Source: Paraphysomonas bandaiensis (lineage: Eukaryota > Protista > Chrysophyceae). Taken from it: 20,680 nucleotides of DNA. A program made the translations under genes and the position numbers. Shown in pieces: positions 20,137 to 20,680 of the stretch. Positions within the stretch are counted from its first letter, which is position 1; every line of letters begins with the position of its first letter. Under the pieces are notes generated by a model. That model worked only from the letters and a program-made list of their open reading frames with translations. It searched no databases and was not told the DNA's origin. The stretch lies in contig CBFFRP010000341.1 in the NCBI GenBank assembly GCA_965644295.1, positions 1 to 20,680 on the forward strand, read 5' to 3'.

Positions 20137-20655
20137 GACACAGAAAAGTTTCAACGGTCCACCACAGCTTTTACATTCTTCATAGGTAATTGTCTTTTAT
20201 CATGGCAATCTCGATTACAGACAACTGTGGCATTGTCATCTACTGAAGCTGAGTATATGGCTTTATCGTCAGCAGCTCAGGAAGCATTATGGCTACGCTC
20301 TTTATTATCAGAAATTGGTTTCAAACTTCCATTCTCAACAACTATTTGGTGCGATAATAAAGGTGCAGTCCAATTATGTTACAATCCTACTCATCATCTA
20401 CGTACAAAACATATCGCGATTTGATACCACTTCATCCGTGATTACATTGCGGAGAACATTTTGACTGTGGATTATATATCCACAAAGTCAATGTTAGCCG
20501 ACCTCCTTACAAAACCACTAGGAGCAAATAACTTCCGCACATTGCGAACTACATTGATGGGGGGAGCTGGGTTCGACATCTCATATAGCAATAACAGAAA
20601 GCGATCAACAACCTCAGAGACACCTAAACCACAATTACCAAGCCACAAGCAGTAA
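20137..20655 (+). pseudogene. Ty1/copia RNase H fragment with an in-frame stop
   Basis: One frame reads RSTTAFTFFIGNCLLSWQSRLQTTVALSSTEAEYMAL...IWCDNKGAVQLCYNPTHHLRTKHIAI*YHFIRD...MLADLLTKPL, with TGA at 20422-20424. No RT lies upstream and no 3' LTR lies within the window. Confidence 0.93.
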
Positions 20656-20680
20656 TACGTAACTGAACGAAGTACATGGA

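Overview
Compact eukaryotic genomic DNA with short spliceosomal introns (47-122 nt). The gene set and style suggest a stramenopile or other protist, but that is inference only. Four host genes form two divergent pairs: a WRN-type 3'-5' exonuclease (-) with a PqqL-like M16 zinc protease (+, 2 introns), and a GT61-like glycosyltransferase (-, 4 introns, one 24-nt micro-exon) with a full ABCA transporter (+, 7 introns, one GC-AG). Both divergent intergenic regions carry the same 122-bp element, made of two conserved blocks around a variable 19-nt core. One Ty1/copia LTR family occurs three times: a solo LTR with a perfect TGCAC target duplication (6667-6986), and two near-identical 5'LTR+PBS+gag-start copies back-to-back around a 43-bp spacer. 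That pair forms an inverted repeat with ~370-bp arms just downstream of the ABCA gene. The right copy continues into a frameshifted gag-protease and breaks off. About 1.55 kb of unrelated DNA follows, then a copia RNase H with a nonsense mutation. No prokaryotic systems, CRISPR arrays, rRNA or tRNA genes are supported. All alignments and counts were done by hand.
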